Below, one piece after another: positions 46,527 through 57,010 of a DNA stretch of 64,000 nucleotides. The notes beneath the pieces were generated by a model, which saw only the letters and a list, made by a program, of their open reading frames with translations, was not told the DNA's origin and did no database searches. How positions within the stretch are numbered: the stretch's first letter is position 1; each line of letters starts with the position of its first letter. The stretch lies in IMG/VR virus record IMGVR_UViG_3300016649_000564, one strand, 5' to 3'. The position numbers and the translations under genes are program-made. This stretch comes from an uncultured virus (IMG/VR IMGVR_UViG_3300016649_000564). Lineage: Duplodnaviria > Heunggongvirae > Uroviricota > Caudoviricetes.

Positions 46527-46944
46527 GGCTGCGCACGGTGCTGGTGATAACGCCCCAGATCGACAGCTCGTCCCCCTCTAAAATGTACCGCGCCGGGTAT
46601 TTCGGATTCTCCGATAAAAGAATCACTTCTTTACCGCGCTTGCACAGTCGCTTGCAGATGGGGTCATTGTTCAGCAGGGCCACCACCACATGCCCGTGGG
46701 CCGGCTCAATAGACCGATCCACAACTGCCAAGTCTCCCTCGAAAATACCTGCACCCTGCATGCTCTCACCGGTAATGGCGATCAGATAGACGTGCGGCGC
46801 CCTGATGTTTAAAACCTCATCCAGTGAGATGTGCTGCTCTATATGGTCAGCTGCTGGCGAGGGAAATCCCGCAGGGACACGAAACGAGCAGTAAGGCAGC
46901 TTCGTGCCGCCCTCGGCAATAGGACCTAAAATGGAAAAGCTCAT
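46519..46944 (-). CDS. umuD: DNA polymerase V accessory subunit (UmuD/RulA)
   Basis: AGFPSPA, G.SM, CKRL, WGV. Confidence 0.95.
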   Translation of the reverse strand: MSFSILGPIAEGGTKLPYCSFRVPAGFPSPAADHIEQHISLDEVLNIRAPHVYLIAITGESMQGAGIFEGDLAVVDRSIEPAHGHVVVALLNNDPICKRLCKRGKEVILLSENPKYPARYILEGDELSIWGVITSTVRSHV

Positions 46945-46964
46945 GGCGCAGCCTTTTACAAATA

Positions 46965-46980
46965 CTGTACGAATGTACAG
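46965..46980. promoter_or_regulatory. LexA box between umuD and the SRAP pseudogene
   Basis: CTGTACGAATGTACAG. Confidence 0.88.
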
Positions 46981-47045
46981 TTAACTTTGCGCCCGGCTTG
47001 CGGTCAATTTTTCTGTAGGTAATTTCGACAGACGGAGATTTGAGT

Positions 47046-47725
47046 ATGTGCGGGAGACTGTCTCAATACAGCGGAATTCATGACTTCGTCGCGGCCCTGA
47101 GCATGCCGAACGCCATGGTCAACTCAGTTGGCGAGCTGCCACTGGAACGATACAACGTCGCCCCCACCACCTAGGTCGCACTGTTCCATGTACAGGGAGA
47201 ACTGCTGCTCGCTGATCCTGTGCGCTGGGGATGGCGGCCGCACTGGGCCAAGGACCGCTCCGCGCCGATCAATGCCCGCGTCGAGAAAGTTGCCCACGGC
47301 CCGTTCTTCCGGGCGATCTGGCCGCGTCGGGCAATCACACCGATCAATAACTGGTTTGAATGGGTCGATGAAGGCGGTCCGAAGAAGCAGCCCTACCTGA
47401 TCCTCCGGCGCGACGGGGCGCCGATCTACTGCGCAGCTATCGGCTAGCTGCCCAACGCTGACGAAGGCGCAGGTGAGCATGACGGCTTCGTGATCATCAC
47501 CGCCGACAGCGCCGGCGGCATGGTGGACATCCACGACCGGCGGTCCGGGTGCTGAATCCTGAACTGGCCCGTGAATGGCTGGACCCGGCCACGTCCAAGG
47601 AGCGCGCCGAACAGATGGCACTGCACCAGGGCGAGTACGCCGAGGCCTTCGAATTGTTCAAGGTCGATACTGCTGTGGGCAATGTACGGAACAAGGGACC
47701 GAATCTGATACAACCATGCTGCTAG
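47046..47725 (+). pseudogene. SOS response-associated peptidase (SRAP/YedK) pseudogene
   Basis: MCGR start, YNVAPT, INAR.E, IHDR, VGNV motifs; TAG at 47172 and 47445 and a frameshift near 47545. Confidence 0.9.
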
Positions 47726-47916
47726 GGTGGCCCTCCTAATTCTGAAACCATGAGTCCATGCTGCAAGTAGGAGCGTAAAATCACACAGCGCGACCAACAT
47801 GATAGATCCGCATGATTGTCAACTGGAGTAAGATAGGTCCGCTCTGTTCCGCCGGCCCCCCTATGAGCCGAAAGCGAGGCGAGCCACCACATCTCATCGT
47901 ATGGAAATAGACCTAA

Positions 47917-48564
47917 ATGGCAGATAATAAAATATGGAGTTCCATTACAATTTTTGAGACGGGGTTGTCCGCTGCCGAGTGGGGATGGCGCATAATAACC
48001 TTAGTTTTCATTGGTGGTAGCGCCACCGGATCCGCTCTTATCGCCAAGGCTGACCCTATACTAAGCAAATTAGGACCAATTTACTGGATTGCCACAGGAA
48101 TAGTTGTTGCCCTGGCCCTATCATTGATTTTTTTCCTTATTAAGTCGGCATTTCTTAAGCAGTCAATAGCGGACCTGTACAAAGTTCAGCTAATGAAGAA
48201 AAGCGATGTAAACCCATTAGCCGAAAGCTTCACAAATCTGATAATCCATATTGAAGACTTAAAACTGCCAGGGCAGCAACTTCATAAGAATAAACATTTT
48301 AAAGGATGCATATTTACTGGCCCTTCCACACTTGCGATTATCGGAGGGCTATATCGAGATAACAATTTTAACGCCTGCGGCGAAATGATCGCACTCCCTT
48401 CAGATATTTTTCTTTCAGGTGTAACTGTACTTCTCGACTGTACAGTCGAAAAATGTCAATTTCTTAAGCTAACTATTCTAGTCGACCAAGCCACTGGCAA
48501 GGAGATGCTGGCGCATGGCGCGCCAGTTAGGGGAATCGAATCATCTAACTCCGAGCCAATATGA
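47917..48564 (+). CDS. Moron: two-TM membrane protein of unknown function
   Basis: AT-rich, opposite strand to late genes, two hydrophobic helices, repetitive F..C.F C-terminus. Confidence 0.75.
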   Translation: MADNKIWSSITIFETGLSAAEWGWRIITLVFIGGSATGSALIAKADPILSKLGPIYWIATGIVVALALSLIFFLIKSAFLKQSIADLYKVQLMKKSDVNPLAESFTNLIIHIEDLKLPGQQLHKNKHFKGCIFTGPSTLAIIGGLYRDNNFNACGEMIALPSDIFLSGVTVLLDCTVEKCQFLKLTILVDQATGKEMLAHGAPVRGIESSNSEPI

Positions 48565-48574
48565 TAGCCACTAT

Positions 48575-49093
48575 TTATCGAGAAACCTCTCTAACGTAAG
48601 CCTGGCACGCACGCAAAGCAATTATTGCGTTATCCCCATCACCGGTGATGCCGAGAATTCGTTGAGCATGCGCTGGGTCAAGTTGGGCTCGACGGGCTGC
48701 ATGAACCACGCCGACGGCGCCGGGGGCGGCAGGCAAACCGCAGCCACTGGCTGAATCCGTGGCGTCGAGAAGGACTGACAGCCGCACATCAGCAGTGGCA
48801 AGGCGATCTCGCAGAGCAGCTTGGGTACGTTGGGCATCGGTCAATTCCTTGGTGTGTTGTTGGTCCTGGATGGCGAGCTGTTGCTCGGTGGCCAGGCGCT
48901 TCTCCAGCTCCGCGCGGGACTGCTCGGCGGCGGCGATGCTGATCCTGGTCAGGTCTTCTTGATGCAGGCCGGCCTGCTCGGCCAGCTTATTGCCCATCCG
49001 CCAGTCCTGCACCTGCCAGGTCACGCCCGCTGCGCCGGCCATCAGCACCAGCATCAGTCCCACCAGACCGACCAGCTTCTGCACCGGCGTCAT
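48575..49093 (-). CDS. Rz-like i-spanin
   Basis: Homolog of 12132-12674. Confidence 0.88.
   Translation of the reverse strand: MTPVQKLVGLVGLMLVLMAGAAGVTWQVQDWRMGNKLAEQAGLHQEDLTRISIAAAEQSRAELEKRLATEQQLAIQDQQHTKELTDAQRTQAALRDRLATADVRLSVLLDATDSASGCGLPAAPGAVGVVHAARRAQLDPAHAQRILGITGDGDNAIIALRACQAYVREVSR
48622..48837 (-). CDS. Rz1-like o-spanin (embedded)
   Basis: LLMCGC lipobox; homolog of 12185-12400. Confidence 0.75.
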   Translation of the reverse strand: MPNVPKLLCEIALPLLMCGCQSFSTPRIQPVAAVCLPPPAPSAWFMQPVEPNLTQRMLNEFSASPVMGITQ

Positions 49094-49623
49094 GCCAGCA
49101 CCTTCAGTGCTTCGTCGTACAGCGCCTGGCGGTCGTCCTGGCCGGTGAGCCCGCCATTGATACGCTTAGTGATCTTCGCGAACTGCCCCTGATCCGCCAG
49201 CGTGTTCAGCCCCTTGGTCGACCAGAACCACCCCGCCGACATCGCCGCGTGCTGTGGTAGCTCCAGCAGTTCCGGATTGCTGATGAGGTCCAGGCCCAGC
49301 GCCTCACCGCATGCCGCGTAATTCGCCCGGCCCGTGATCTGGATCAGGCCGCGACCACGGAACTTGGAGCCGTCATCCTTCTGTGTATTGCCCAGGTCGG
49401 CGCGGCCTTCGTACCCGGCCTGCTGCGCCGTGGGGCCCCAGATCTCTCGCACCCACCGTAACTGGCCGGACTCATGACCAACCTGTGCAATGAACGCCGC
49501 CACGCGCCCTGTGCCCACGATGCCGTAGCGGCTCATGGCCGTGTTTAAGGCAGGAACAAAAACGCCGGCTTGGCGGCCGGCGTTCGGGAGGATCTGCAGC
49601 AACTGCCGCTGAGTAATTGGCAT
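49090..49623 (-). CDS. GH19 endolysin
   Basis: AQVGHES, RGRGLIQITG, KRINGG. Confidence 0.95.
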   Translation of the reverse strand: MPITQRQLLQILPNAGRQAGVFVPALNTAMSRYGIVGTGRVAAFIAQVGHESGQLRWVREIWGPTAQQAGYEGRADLGNTQKDDGSKFRGRGLIQITGRANYAACGEALGLDLISNPELLELPQHAAMSAGWFWSTKGLNTLADQGQFAKITKRINGGLTGQDDRQALYDEALKVLA

Positions 49624-49680
49624 AAAAGCTCCTAACGTGAATAGTCCGCACGCTGCGGGTATGGATGGTGCAAAGCCTCG

Positions 49681-50730
49681 CTACGCCAGGCTGACAACCT
49701 TGACGGGCTTCGCGGCTTTCTTCGGCTTCTTGCCCTTGGCTTTCGCTTTACCCTTTTTGCCTCCGTTGCACTCGACGGTGGTTGACCAGCCGGCTTGGGT
49801 AAATGTCTGCTCCACAGAATCCACTAGGTACTCGCCATCGAGCCCCACCTTGAAGCCCAGGGCGTTGATAGAGCGTTCCGCGAATAGATCTGTGCGCCCG
49901 GGCATTTCCAGGCGCACGCCGGCCGTGGAGCGGTTGAACGCAGCTAGGCGCGCCTTAGCAGCAGATTCGGCAGCGGTCTTGTTCGGGTGAATATGGCGGT
50001 CGGTGTGTACAGCCGGCAGGCCGTCCGGCACGTCCTCATTCTCCAGGGTGACCACTGACAACTTGCCCGTCTTCTTGTCCTGATGCTTGGCCGCCACGGT
50101 CTTATGCGCGTTACGGTCGCCAAGGCGGAATTGCCAGCGGCTTACGTCGCTGCGCGTGATGGTGATCGCACCAATCACCTTGCCACTGGCACTTAAGCCC
50201 GCTTGGCGCTGCATCACCATCAACTTACCGTCGGCCACCTTAGCGGTGCAGTCGTATTGCTTGGCCAGGCGCGTGACAAAGCTGAAGTCAGATTCGTGGA
50301 GCTGGTCAGCCCGGGCGACCTTCGTGCCAATTGTGCAGGCCGGTGTCCAGCCGTTGCGGGCCGCAATGTCAGAAACAATTTTCGACAACGGCACGTCTTC
50401 CCAGCTACCGCTGCGGATGGATTTTCCGGTACCGCGCATGTCGCTGGCCTTGCCCCGGATAACGATGGTGTCCGGCGGGCCGGAAACCTCGATCTCATCA
50501 ACCACATAGCGGCCCAGGGGCGCCAAGGACGTTTCGGCATAGCCTAGGTAGACCTCGATACCGGCGCCGCGCTTGGGCAGCGTTACCAGGCCGTCGCGGT
50601 CATCAATGCGCAACTCAAACTCGTCCGACTCCACGCCGGGCTTGTCCGTGGTGCGCAACAGCAAAAGCCGATCGTTAATCAGCGACGTAATGTCAGAACC
50701 GTTCGCGACGATTCGAAACTTCGGAGTCAT
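49681..50730 (-). CDS. Phage late control D protein
   Basis: Near-identical to 13277-14326. Confidence 0.9.
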   Translation of the reverse strand: MTPKFRIVANGSDITSLINDRLLLLRTTDKPGVESDEFELRIDDRDGLVTLPKRGAGIEVYLGYAETSLAPLGRYVVDEIEVSGPPDTIVIRGKASDMRGTGKSIRSGSWEDVPLSKIVSDIAARNGWTPACTIGTKVARADQLHESDFSFVTRLAKQYDCTAKVADGKLMVMQRQAGLSASGKVIGAITITRSDVSRWQFRLGDRNAHKTVAAKHQDKKTGKLSVVTLENEDVPDGLPAVHTDRHIHPNKTAAESAAKARLAAFNRSTAGVRLEMPGRTDLFAERSINALGFKVGLDGEYLVDSVEQTFTQAGWSTTVECNGGKKGKAKAKGKKPKKAAKPVKVVSLA

Positions 50731-50853
50731 AGGGCGTTGTCCAATAGAGCGCGTATGGCGGAATTAAGGAAGGCGTTACGCGTAACGCTGAGTGGACTCA
50801 GATCACGACCGTCCATAGAATCCCGGCCCTCAACTCAGCTAGTAAGGAATCCC

Positions 50854-51225
50854 ATGAAACGGACTTTATTTGCCGCACTGCTCGCCGTAGTCGCACTTTC
50901 CAGCCAAGCCGCCGAACCAACGAAACATGAAGCGAGGGACTTTATTACCCGCCTGGATGCGGCGGTAGAACGCGGTAACGCGCAGATCCTCAGCGGTAAG
51001 ATCGACCCTGTAGCCCGCCGCAAGCAGGCCCAGGACTTGACTGCACTCCAGAGCGAAGGCGAGAAATTCGGCGTGCTGTTTACCCCGTTTCACAAGTGCA
51101 ACGAGGCATCAATTAGCGCCTCCTCAGCCTGGCAAGGGTTGCTTGGCGGCAACAAACGGCAGTTCGACAACGGCATAGACAGCTACGAAAAAGAACACCA
51201 GGCCTGCCTGGACGCTGCGAACTGA
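50854..51225 (+). CDS. Moron: small secreted/periplasmic protein
   Basis: AAGGA RBS; signal peptide MKRTLFAALLAVVALSSQA; two Cys; absent at the same site in prophage 1. Confidence 0.8.
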   Translation: MKRTLFAALLAVVALSSQAAEPTKHEARDFITRLDAAVERGNAQILSGKIDPVARRKQAQDLTALQSEGEKFGVLFTPFHKCNEASISASSAWQGLLGGNKRQFDNGIDSYEKEHQACLDAAN

Positions 51226-51226
51226 A

Positions 51227-51433
51227 TCAATCCCACAGGGCCACTTGTTCATCAACAGGGCCTGGCAGATCAGGCAAGACAATCACCACGCCGGCGCGGT
51301 AAGGCTGATCCTCGTCCGCCAGGCCCTGATTGGCCGCAAGCACCGCCTCAACGCTGCCCACCAGATGGCCATAGAAGTTATGGCAAATGGTATCGAGCAG
51401 ATCCCCGTCAGATGTTCTGCATGTCGTCGCCAT
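51227..51433 (-). CDS. Tail protein X
   Basis: Identical protein to 14421-14627. Confidence 0.9.
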   Translation of the reverse strand: MATTCRTSDGDLLDTICHNFYGHLVGSVEAVLAANQGLADEDQPYRAGVVIVLPDLPGPVDEQVALWD

Positions 51434-52253
51434 AGCGCACAAACTCCAAGGTAAACGCCTGTTTGCGGGGGATACCGCCCTGCATCAGTGCGCTTTGGTC
51501 TTCGTCAATCGTCTTGAGGCACCAGGTGCCCAGCACAACGCCATAGCCCGTGGTCAGGGTTACCGGCTTAAGCTGGGAGCCCATCGAGCGCAGCGTATTG
51601 AGCTGTTCAAGCCCGCCACGGTAGCCCGGGAAAATATCGCCCTTGAGCGTGATTTTCTCGTCTCCCATGCCCACGGCCTGCTGCGCCGACCGGCGCGTTA
51701 GGCGCTCTTGTGAGGCCCAACGGTAATCAGTCGAGCGGCGCAGCGAATCAAAGGCCGCCGTATCAAGGTTGAAGTAATACGGCTGTGCCTTCGGATCCAG
51801 CGGCTGAATGATCAGCAGATGGGGGAAAGGCTTCACCGCCTCTTTCGCCGGCGTGCCGTCCGTGGCAAACGCACCAGTGGGCAGGATGTTGGCCAGCGAC
51901 GGGTCGATCTTGCCGGCGATCTTGTTGATCGCCGTAGCCGCCCGCCCAGCCTGCTCCTTCAATGTGCCCAAGCGCTCGTCAATCTGCGACAGCGCGCGTG
52001 TAGCGCGGTTGTAGGTGGCCACCACCTGGCCAACCTTGGCCTGGGCAGTCGCAATCCCACGCATGACTCGCTGCAGCTTTGCTCCCACGGCCGGGCCAAT
52101 AAACGGCAGATCCTCCAGCTCGTTGGCCGCGCCGGTGATTTCGCTGATCGCACCGTTTACCGGTCCCATCATCCCATCAATGCTGCGCCGGCCCGCTTCA
52201 CCGGCCGAGGCCAGGTACTTCAGGCCCGACTGTAGCTGTGCCAGTGATTCCAT
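51408..52253 (-). CDS. Tail protein, gpU family
   Basis: Homolog of 14602-15447. Confidence 0.85.
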   Translation of the reverse strand: MESLAQLQSGLKYLASAGEAGRRSIDGMMGPVNGAISEITGAANELEDLPFIGPAVGAKLQRVMRGIATAQAKVGQVVATYNRATRALSQIDERLGTLKEQAGRAATAINKIAGKIDPSLANILPTGAFATDGTPAKEAVKPFPHLLIIQPLDPKAQPYYFNLDTAAFDSLRRSTDYRWASQERLTRRSAQQAVGMGDEKITLKGDIFPGYRGGLEQLNTLRSMGSQLKPVTLTTGYGVVLGTWCLKTIDEDQSALMQGGIPRKQAFTLEFVRYGDDMQNI

Positions 52254-52262
52254 ATTCCCCCC

Positions 52263-54758
52263 TTAGGTGTGCGGCGCGTCGTAGAGCTTGCGGTTTTCCA
52301 ACTGCTGGGCGATTTCCCGTTGGTGCTGTTCAAGCATCGGACGCAACTGGGCCATAAGCTCGGCTGGATCCTTCACATCGCCTTGCACCGTCAGCGTAAA
52401 GGGCGCGCTAATGTCCACCTTGGGCTCGATCTTGGCCGGCTGGACCTTTGCCACCACGGCCGCCGCAAGCGGCGCCGCAACCGCGTCAGCGCTGGCCTGG
52501 GGCACCATCATGGCCCGCGCAGCATCACCCGGATTAACCGCGCCTGGCGTTGCCGGCAACGTGCCCTGGCCGGGGTTGGCTAACATCAGCGGCCCTGTAC
52601 GCGACGGGGCAAAAGACTTGGCAATATCCCCCAGCACTGGCGGGATGTCCTTGCCGGCATCCTTCATCATCAGCGGCCCGGCCACGGGCATAACCTTCGC
52701 GCTTTCGTCAGAGCCAAACATCGCCTTGCCGACGGCGCCGCCCAGGGCATCACCGCCCAAGCTTCCCAGATAGCCCCCAATCAGACCGCCCACGATGGTG
52801 CCGATTACCGGCACCGCCGAACCAATGGCGGCACCGGCCGCCGCACCGGCGAGCGTGCCAGCAAGTCCGCCAGCAGCAGCGCCATAGCCCTCCGCTTTTT
52901 CGTCCTGGGTTTCGGCGTTGTCGTAAGTGTCTTTAACCTTAAATCCGGCATCAAGGAGGGCCAATACTGCGGGGCCCTTCATACCTGCCCCAATGCCGCG
53001 CCCAGGACTTCGACCACCACGGCCGCCGCCCCTGCCCTTGCCTCTGCCCTTCCCGTCTTTGCCGCCGGCATCATCGAGGTCGCCCATTCCCATGCCACCA
53101 GACCCTCCCACGGGCATGTTGGTGACAATGACTTTTTGTGGGATGTTCGGATTACCCATCAGCGAACCGCGCCCAAGGTTGAGCAGGCCCTTGGCGATCT
53201 TGAAGCTGCTCATAGCGGTCTGAAACGCGATCACAGCAGCAACAGCGGCGCCGATGCCGGTCACAACCCGGGGCGACTCGTCCGACAGCTTGGCCAGCCC
53301 CTGGGTGACATAGGCCAAGCCATCCGCCACTTTGTCAGTGACCGGCCGGAATGCGTCACCAATGGCGCGCATAGCCTCGTCCATACCCTGGGCCATTTCC
53401 GCCCATTTTTGCGCTGACGCCTGCCGGCGTTCCTCAAGGTTCTTATCGAGGATCCCAGTGGCATCAGCCGAGTCTTTCTTGAGCTGCGCGTACAGCTCTT
53501 TGTTCTGCATAAAGGCCGTCAAAGCGCCCTTAACTTGCATGTCCGCGAACAGATCCCCGGTGCGCAAAGCCTGTTCCAAGGAGGCAATCATGGCCTTAGC
53601 TTTCTCGGTGTCCGTCTCTTTACTGATCTTCGCCGTAGCGGCTGCCATCGCGGCGGCCTTCTTCGGATCCGTTGCCGCAATGTACTTCTGTGCCAGCTCA
53701 AAGCTGGACTCAAGCGTAGATTTACCGTTCTGCAGGCCGGTATTCATCGACCCTTGGTAGTCAATGCCGGCGTCCTTGTAGGCCTTTACCGTATCGCCAG
53801 AACCGATTTTCTCCATCCAGTTCTTGAGGTTGTTGGCCGCCTCATCAGCGCCGCCGGCGGTCTTCATTTGCACCTGAAGCATTGAGCCCAGTTGCGTGAC
53901 CGCATCCATGCCGGTGATACCGATCTTGCCCATGCCCGCCAGCAGCTCGGGGAACCAACGCGCCATATCGGCCGCTTCAAAGCTGCCCGCCTGGCCCTGA
54001 TAGGCGATAGCCTCCAGCGCCTTTTGCATCACGGCCGGGTCGGAGATTTTGGCGTTCTGCCCCAGGGCGTTGATCATGCGGGCCGTTTCGCCGCCGTCCG
54101 ACCCCTGGCCAATTGCAAACTTGGCCGCCACCGGTGCGTAAGACATGGCCTTATCAAGCTCCATGCCAGCCCCCACCAGGGCGTTGACCACCTCGGCCAC
54201 CTGATTACGGGCCATGCCGGTATCGCGCGACGTGCCAATAATCGTCTTGGCCATCTGCGCTTCTTCGGGCTTGTTGGCAATATTCGCCTTGATCGCAATG
54301 TCACGGACAATCGCGCCAAAGTCCGCGCTCACCTTCGTCGGAATCGCCATCGCTGCCGTGGCGGCCGCTGCCTGGCCAATGCTGCTTTTCATCTGCTGTT
54401 TACCAGCATCGAGCTGCATATGGCCCTTGGCTTTAAGTTCGGCCTTATTCGCCGCCTGCCCCATGGCCGAGTAAGCCTTGGTCAGGTTGCGCACTTCAAC
54501 GCCCTGCTTGCGCAGGCCCTCCAGATTATTCTCCAGCTTCCGCCGCAGCGCATCAGCGCCCTTTTCGCCGGCCGCGTGCGCTTTAAGCCATTCCTCACGC
54601 AAACGCATGGTTTCGCCAATGGTCTTTTGCAGCACCCGCGCCCTGTTGCCTTGTTCCTCCAGCTTTTTGATTTTGTTGCTGACGTCCTTGAACGCCGCCC
54701 CTACCGTCGAGCTGACGGCCCCGCCAATAACCAGGCCGAGAGCAAGTTTGTTCGCCAT
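52263..54758 (-). CDS. Tail tape measure protein
   Basis: 831 aa homolog of 15459-17954. Confidence 0.92.
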   Translation of the reverse strand: MANKLALGLVIGGAVSSTVGAAFKDVSNKIKKLEEQGNRARVLQKTIGETMRLREEWLKAHAAGEKGADALRRKLENNLEGLRKQGVEVRNLTKAYSAMGQAANKAELKAKGHMQLDAGKQQMKSSIGQAAAATAAMAIPTKVSADFGAIVRDIAIKANIANKPEEAQMAKTIIGTSRDTGMARNQVAEVVNALVGAGMELDKAMSYAPVAAKFAIGQGSDGGETARMINALGQNAKISDPAVMQKALEAIAYQGQAGSFEAADMARWFPELLAGMGKIGITGMDAVTQLGSMLQVQMKTAGGADEAANNLKNWMEKIGSGDTVKAYKDAGIDYQGSMNTGLQNGKSTLESSFELAQKYIAATDPKKAAAMAAATAKISKETDTEKAKAMIASLEQALRTGDLFADMQVKGALTAFMQNKELYAQLKKDSADATGILDKNLEERRQASAQKWAEMAQGMDEAMRAIGDAFRPVTDKVADGLAYVTQGLAKLSDESPRVVTGIGAAVAAVIAFQTAMSSFKIAKGLLNLGRGSLMGNPNIPQKVIVTNMPVGGSGGMGMGDLDDAGGKDGKGRGKGRGGGRGGRSPGRGIGAGMKGPAVLALLDAGFKVKDTYDNAETQDEKAEGYGAAAGGLAGTLAGAAAGAAIGSAVPVIGTIVGGLIGGYLGSLGGDALGGAVGKAMFGSDESAKVMPVAGPLMMKDAGKDIPPVLGDIAKSFAPSRTGPLMLANPGQGTLPATPGAVNPGDAARAMMVPQASADAVAAPLAAAVVAKVQPAKIEPKVDISAPFTLTVQGDVKDPAELMAQLRPMLEQHQREIAQQLENRKLYDAPHT

Positions 54759-54906
54759 GTGCGCGCCCTATACGTCGGGTAGATCAAAAGCGGCTCAATC
54801 CGTGAGCCACCACACCATCACGTTAAAGGGCATGGCCAGGATCTCGGCAGAAGAGAAACCCGTCTCTTTTGCCAAGCGCTTGGCCAGCACCTTAAGCGTG
54901 CCCTCG

Positions 54907-55215
54907 TTACACGTCGTCTTCCTCAACCAGGCGAAAATAGCCCGCCTGAAGGCGCATATAGTCCTTGTATTTGAGGGCCGTCAGTTCTGCCTCGGTAGCC
55001 GTGAGCAGGCTGCAAAACAGGTTCATCTCCACTTTTTCATGGTCACCATTACCGGCGACCTTGGCGGCCATAACATCCTTGACGCTGGGCGCGCGCATCA
55101 TCAGCTTGTCGGTCAAAACCCCATTGAGATTGGCCTTATGCTTGAGCGTTACCGTAACGCCGTCATCGCTCAGTACCAGCCAGGACGGCAGCGGCGCATT
55201 TAGAGAGTCGGTCAT
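54907..55215 (-). CDS. Tail assembly chaperone; frameshift product probably extends to 54795
   Basis: Homolog of 18103-18411. Confidence 0.85.
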   Translation of the reverse strand: MTDSLNAPLPSWLVLSDDGVTVTLKHKANLNGVLTDKLMMRAPSVKDVMAAKVAGNGDHEKVEMNLFCSLLTATEAELTALKYKDYMRLQAGYFRLVEEDDV

Positions 55216-55226
55216 GTCATTAATCC

Positions 55227-55730
55227 TTAAAGGCCCAGGGCCGAACGCTCAGCGGCCAGCTGATCAACACCGTTGATCACCTGCACCATGTTGGCAAAGT
55301 CGATTTCGTACATCACACGACCGTCGATTTCGAGCTTGTAGTAGGTGACGGCCACGGCGTGCTTGATTTCCGCCTTGTCGCCTGGCTTCCAATCGCCCAT
55401 ATCGACCTCTTTGAGCGAACCGCGCAGGGTCACAGTCACCGGCTTGACGGTGCCTTTCTGGCCCTTGAACGATCCACGGAAAACGAGGTTGCACGCGGTC
55501 TGATCCGCCAGGCCGAAGAACTTCAGCGCCTCTTTACGCACGCCGTTGGTGGTAAATGCCGCTTCCAGCTTTTCCAGGCCAGTGGGCAGGTCAACCGGGC
55601 CGCTCATACCGCCGCCCCGGTATTCCTCGGATTTGATCGCTAGCTTGGGCAGCGTCATTGACGGCACGTCACCGGAGAAACTTACGCCGTCAGCAAACAT
55701 GACGCAGTTGGTCAACATTTCAGGAATCAT
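55227..55730 (-). CDS. Major tail tube protein
   Basis: Homolog of 18423-18926. Confidence 0.93.
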   Translation of the reverse strand: MIPEMLTNCVMFADGVSFSGDVPSMTLPKLAIKSEEYRGGGMSGPVDLPTGLEKLEAAFTTNGVRKEALKFFGLADQTACNLVFRGSFKGQKGTVKPVTVTLRGSLKEVDMGDWKPGDKAEIKHAVAVTYYKLEIDGRVMYEIDFANMVQVINGVDQLAAERSALGL

Positions 55731-55742
55731 TGCTCGGCCCCC

Positions 55743-56909
55743 TTAGGCTGCTTCAAGTACTTCGGTCAGCCACTCGTTGGTGACCTCGATCAGGAAATTT
55801 GGGTTCTCGGCCGGCGGCACGTCGGTGAAGCGAATGCGCCAATAGACTTTGCCCTGCTCCAGTTGCGAAGCCGTATTCAGCTCGGTGTCGGCATACACTT
55901 CGAAGTTGATAACTGCGCCTGCGTTCTTCTGGTCACGCATGAACGCTTGAAGCCCCTCAGTGACGTCAGACACATAGGTTTTCGTGATCGAGCGGTCCAC
56001 AGCCCACTTGTGGCCCGCCTGGATCGCATCCATGAGGATGTCGCAGGTACGCACACGGGTAACAAACGACCACTTGGCATCCGCCGAACAAGTGCGGTTG
56101 CCCCACAAGCGGTAACCACCATCGCGAATAATCGTGGTGATGTTCGCGTTATTGAGCAGGTTGGCTCGGCACGTCTCGTCGCCGTCCAAGTACTCAACCG
56201 GTCGGGTGGTACCGGTGATGCCGACAAACTCTTTGTTCGACGGCGACGCCCAGTAGCCGTACTCGGCATCGGTCCAGGCAAACAGACCCGCCACCCAGGC
56301 CGAGCCCGGGGCATTCACGGTTGCGCTTTCGACAGTGCTCCAAAACTGCACACCCGGATCCACCAGAAAAATGCGCTTGCTACCGAAGTTCAACGCGTAG
56401 GCCATAGCGGCCTCGTCGGTTGTGTTCGGACCATCAATGATTGCAAGCGCGCGCAACTTACCGGCCAGGGCATCCATGGCGGTGGCCACCGCCTGCGTGG
56501 CCGAGTGCCCCGGGGCGATCAGCAGCTTGGGCTGGGCGTTGTGCCGGCTCTTGCCGTCCAGCAGCGCCTGAAGGCCCGTGCGCTGCCCATCCGCCAGAAC
56601 CCCACCAATGATGGCGGACGTTTGCAGCGCGGCGTCAGCAAGCTTAGGGACGCCAATGGCGACGATTACAGCCTTAGCCCGAACGTAGATCGCCTGGCAC
56701 GCCCGAGTGATGGCCGAGTCAGCGCCGAATGCCGCAATGGCTTCACGCTCAGAGGTGATCAACTTCAACTCGCCCGCTTTGGCGCTGCCGCCACCAAGCA
56801 CGCCCGGCGTGAAGGTGTCACACAGGCCAATGATCGAGGACGACGGGAGCGAGATAGTGCGCGCGCCGTTATCGATCAGTGAGGTTGTAATGCCGTGAAA
56901 GAAACTCAT
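55743..56909 (-). CDS. Tail sheath protein
   Basis: Start MSFFHG; homolog of 18939-20105. Confidence 0.93.
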   Translation of the reverse strand: MSFFHGITTSLIDNGARTISLPSSSIIGLCDTFTPGVLGGGSAKAGELKLITSEREAIAAFGADSAITRACQAIYVRAKAVIVAIGVPKLADAALQTSAIIGGVLADGQRTGLQALLDGKSRHNAQPKLLIAPGHSATQAVATAMDALAGKLRALAIIDGPNTTDEAAMAYALNFGSKRIFLVDPGVQFWSTVESATVNAPGSAWVAGLFAWTDAEYGYWASPSNKEFVGITGTTRPVEYLDGDETCRANLLNNANITTIIRDGGYRLWGNRTCSADAKWSFVTRVRTCDILMDAIQAGHKWAVDRSITKTYVSDVTEGLQAFMRDQKNAGAVINFEVYADTELNTASQLEQGKVYWRIRFTDVPPAENPNFLIEVTNEWLTEVLEAA

Positions 56910-57010
56910 GAGGCTCAATCTCCAGAAACGAAAAAGCCCCGCATAAGCGAGGCCGTGGTTGTTCGTGTTACGCGTAACGGAAAAGAAAAACGCCCCGTCA
57001 GTGCGGGGCG

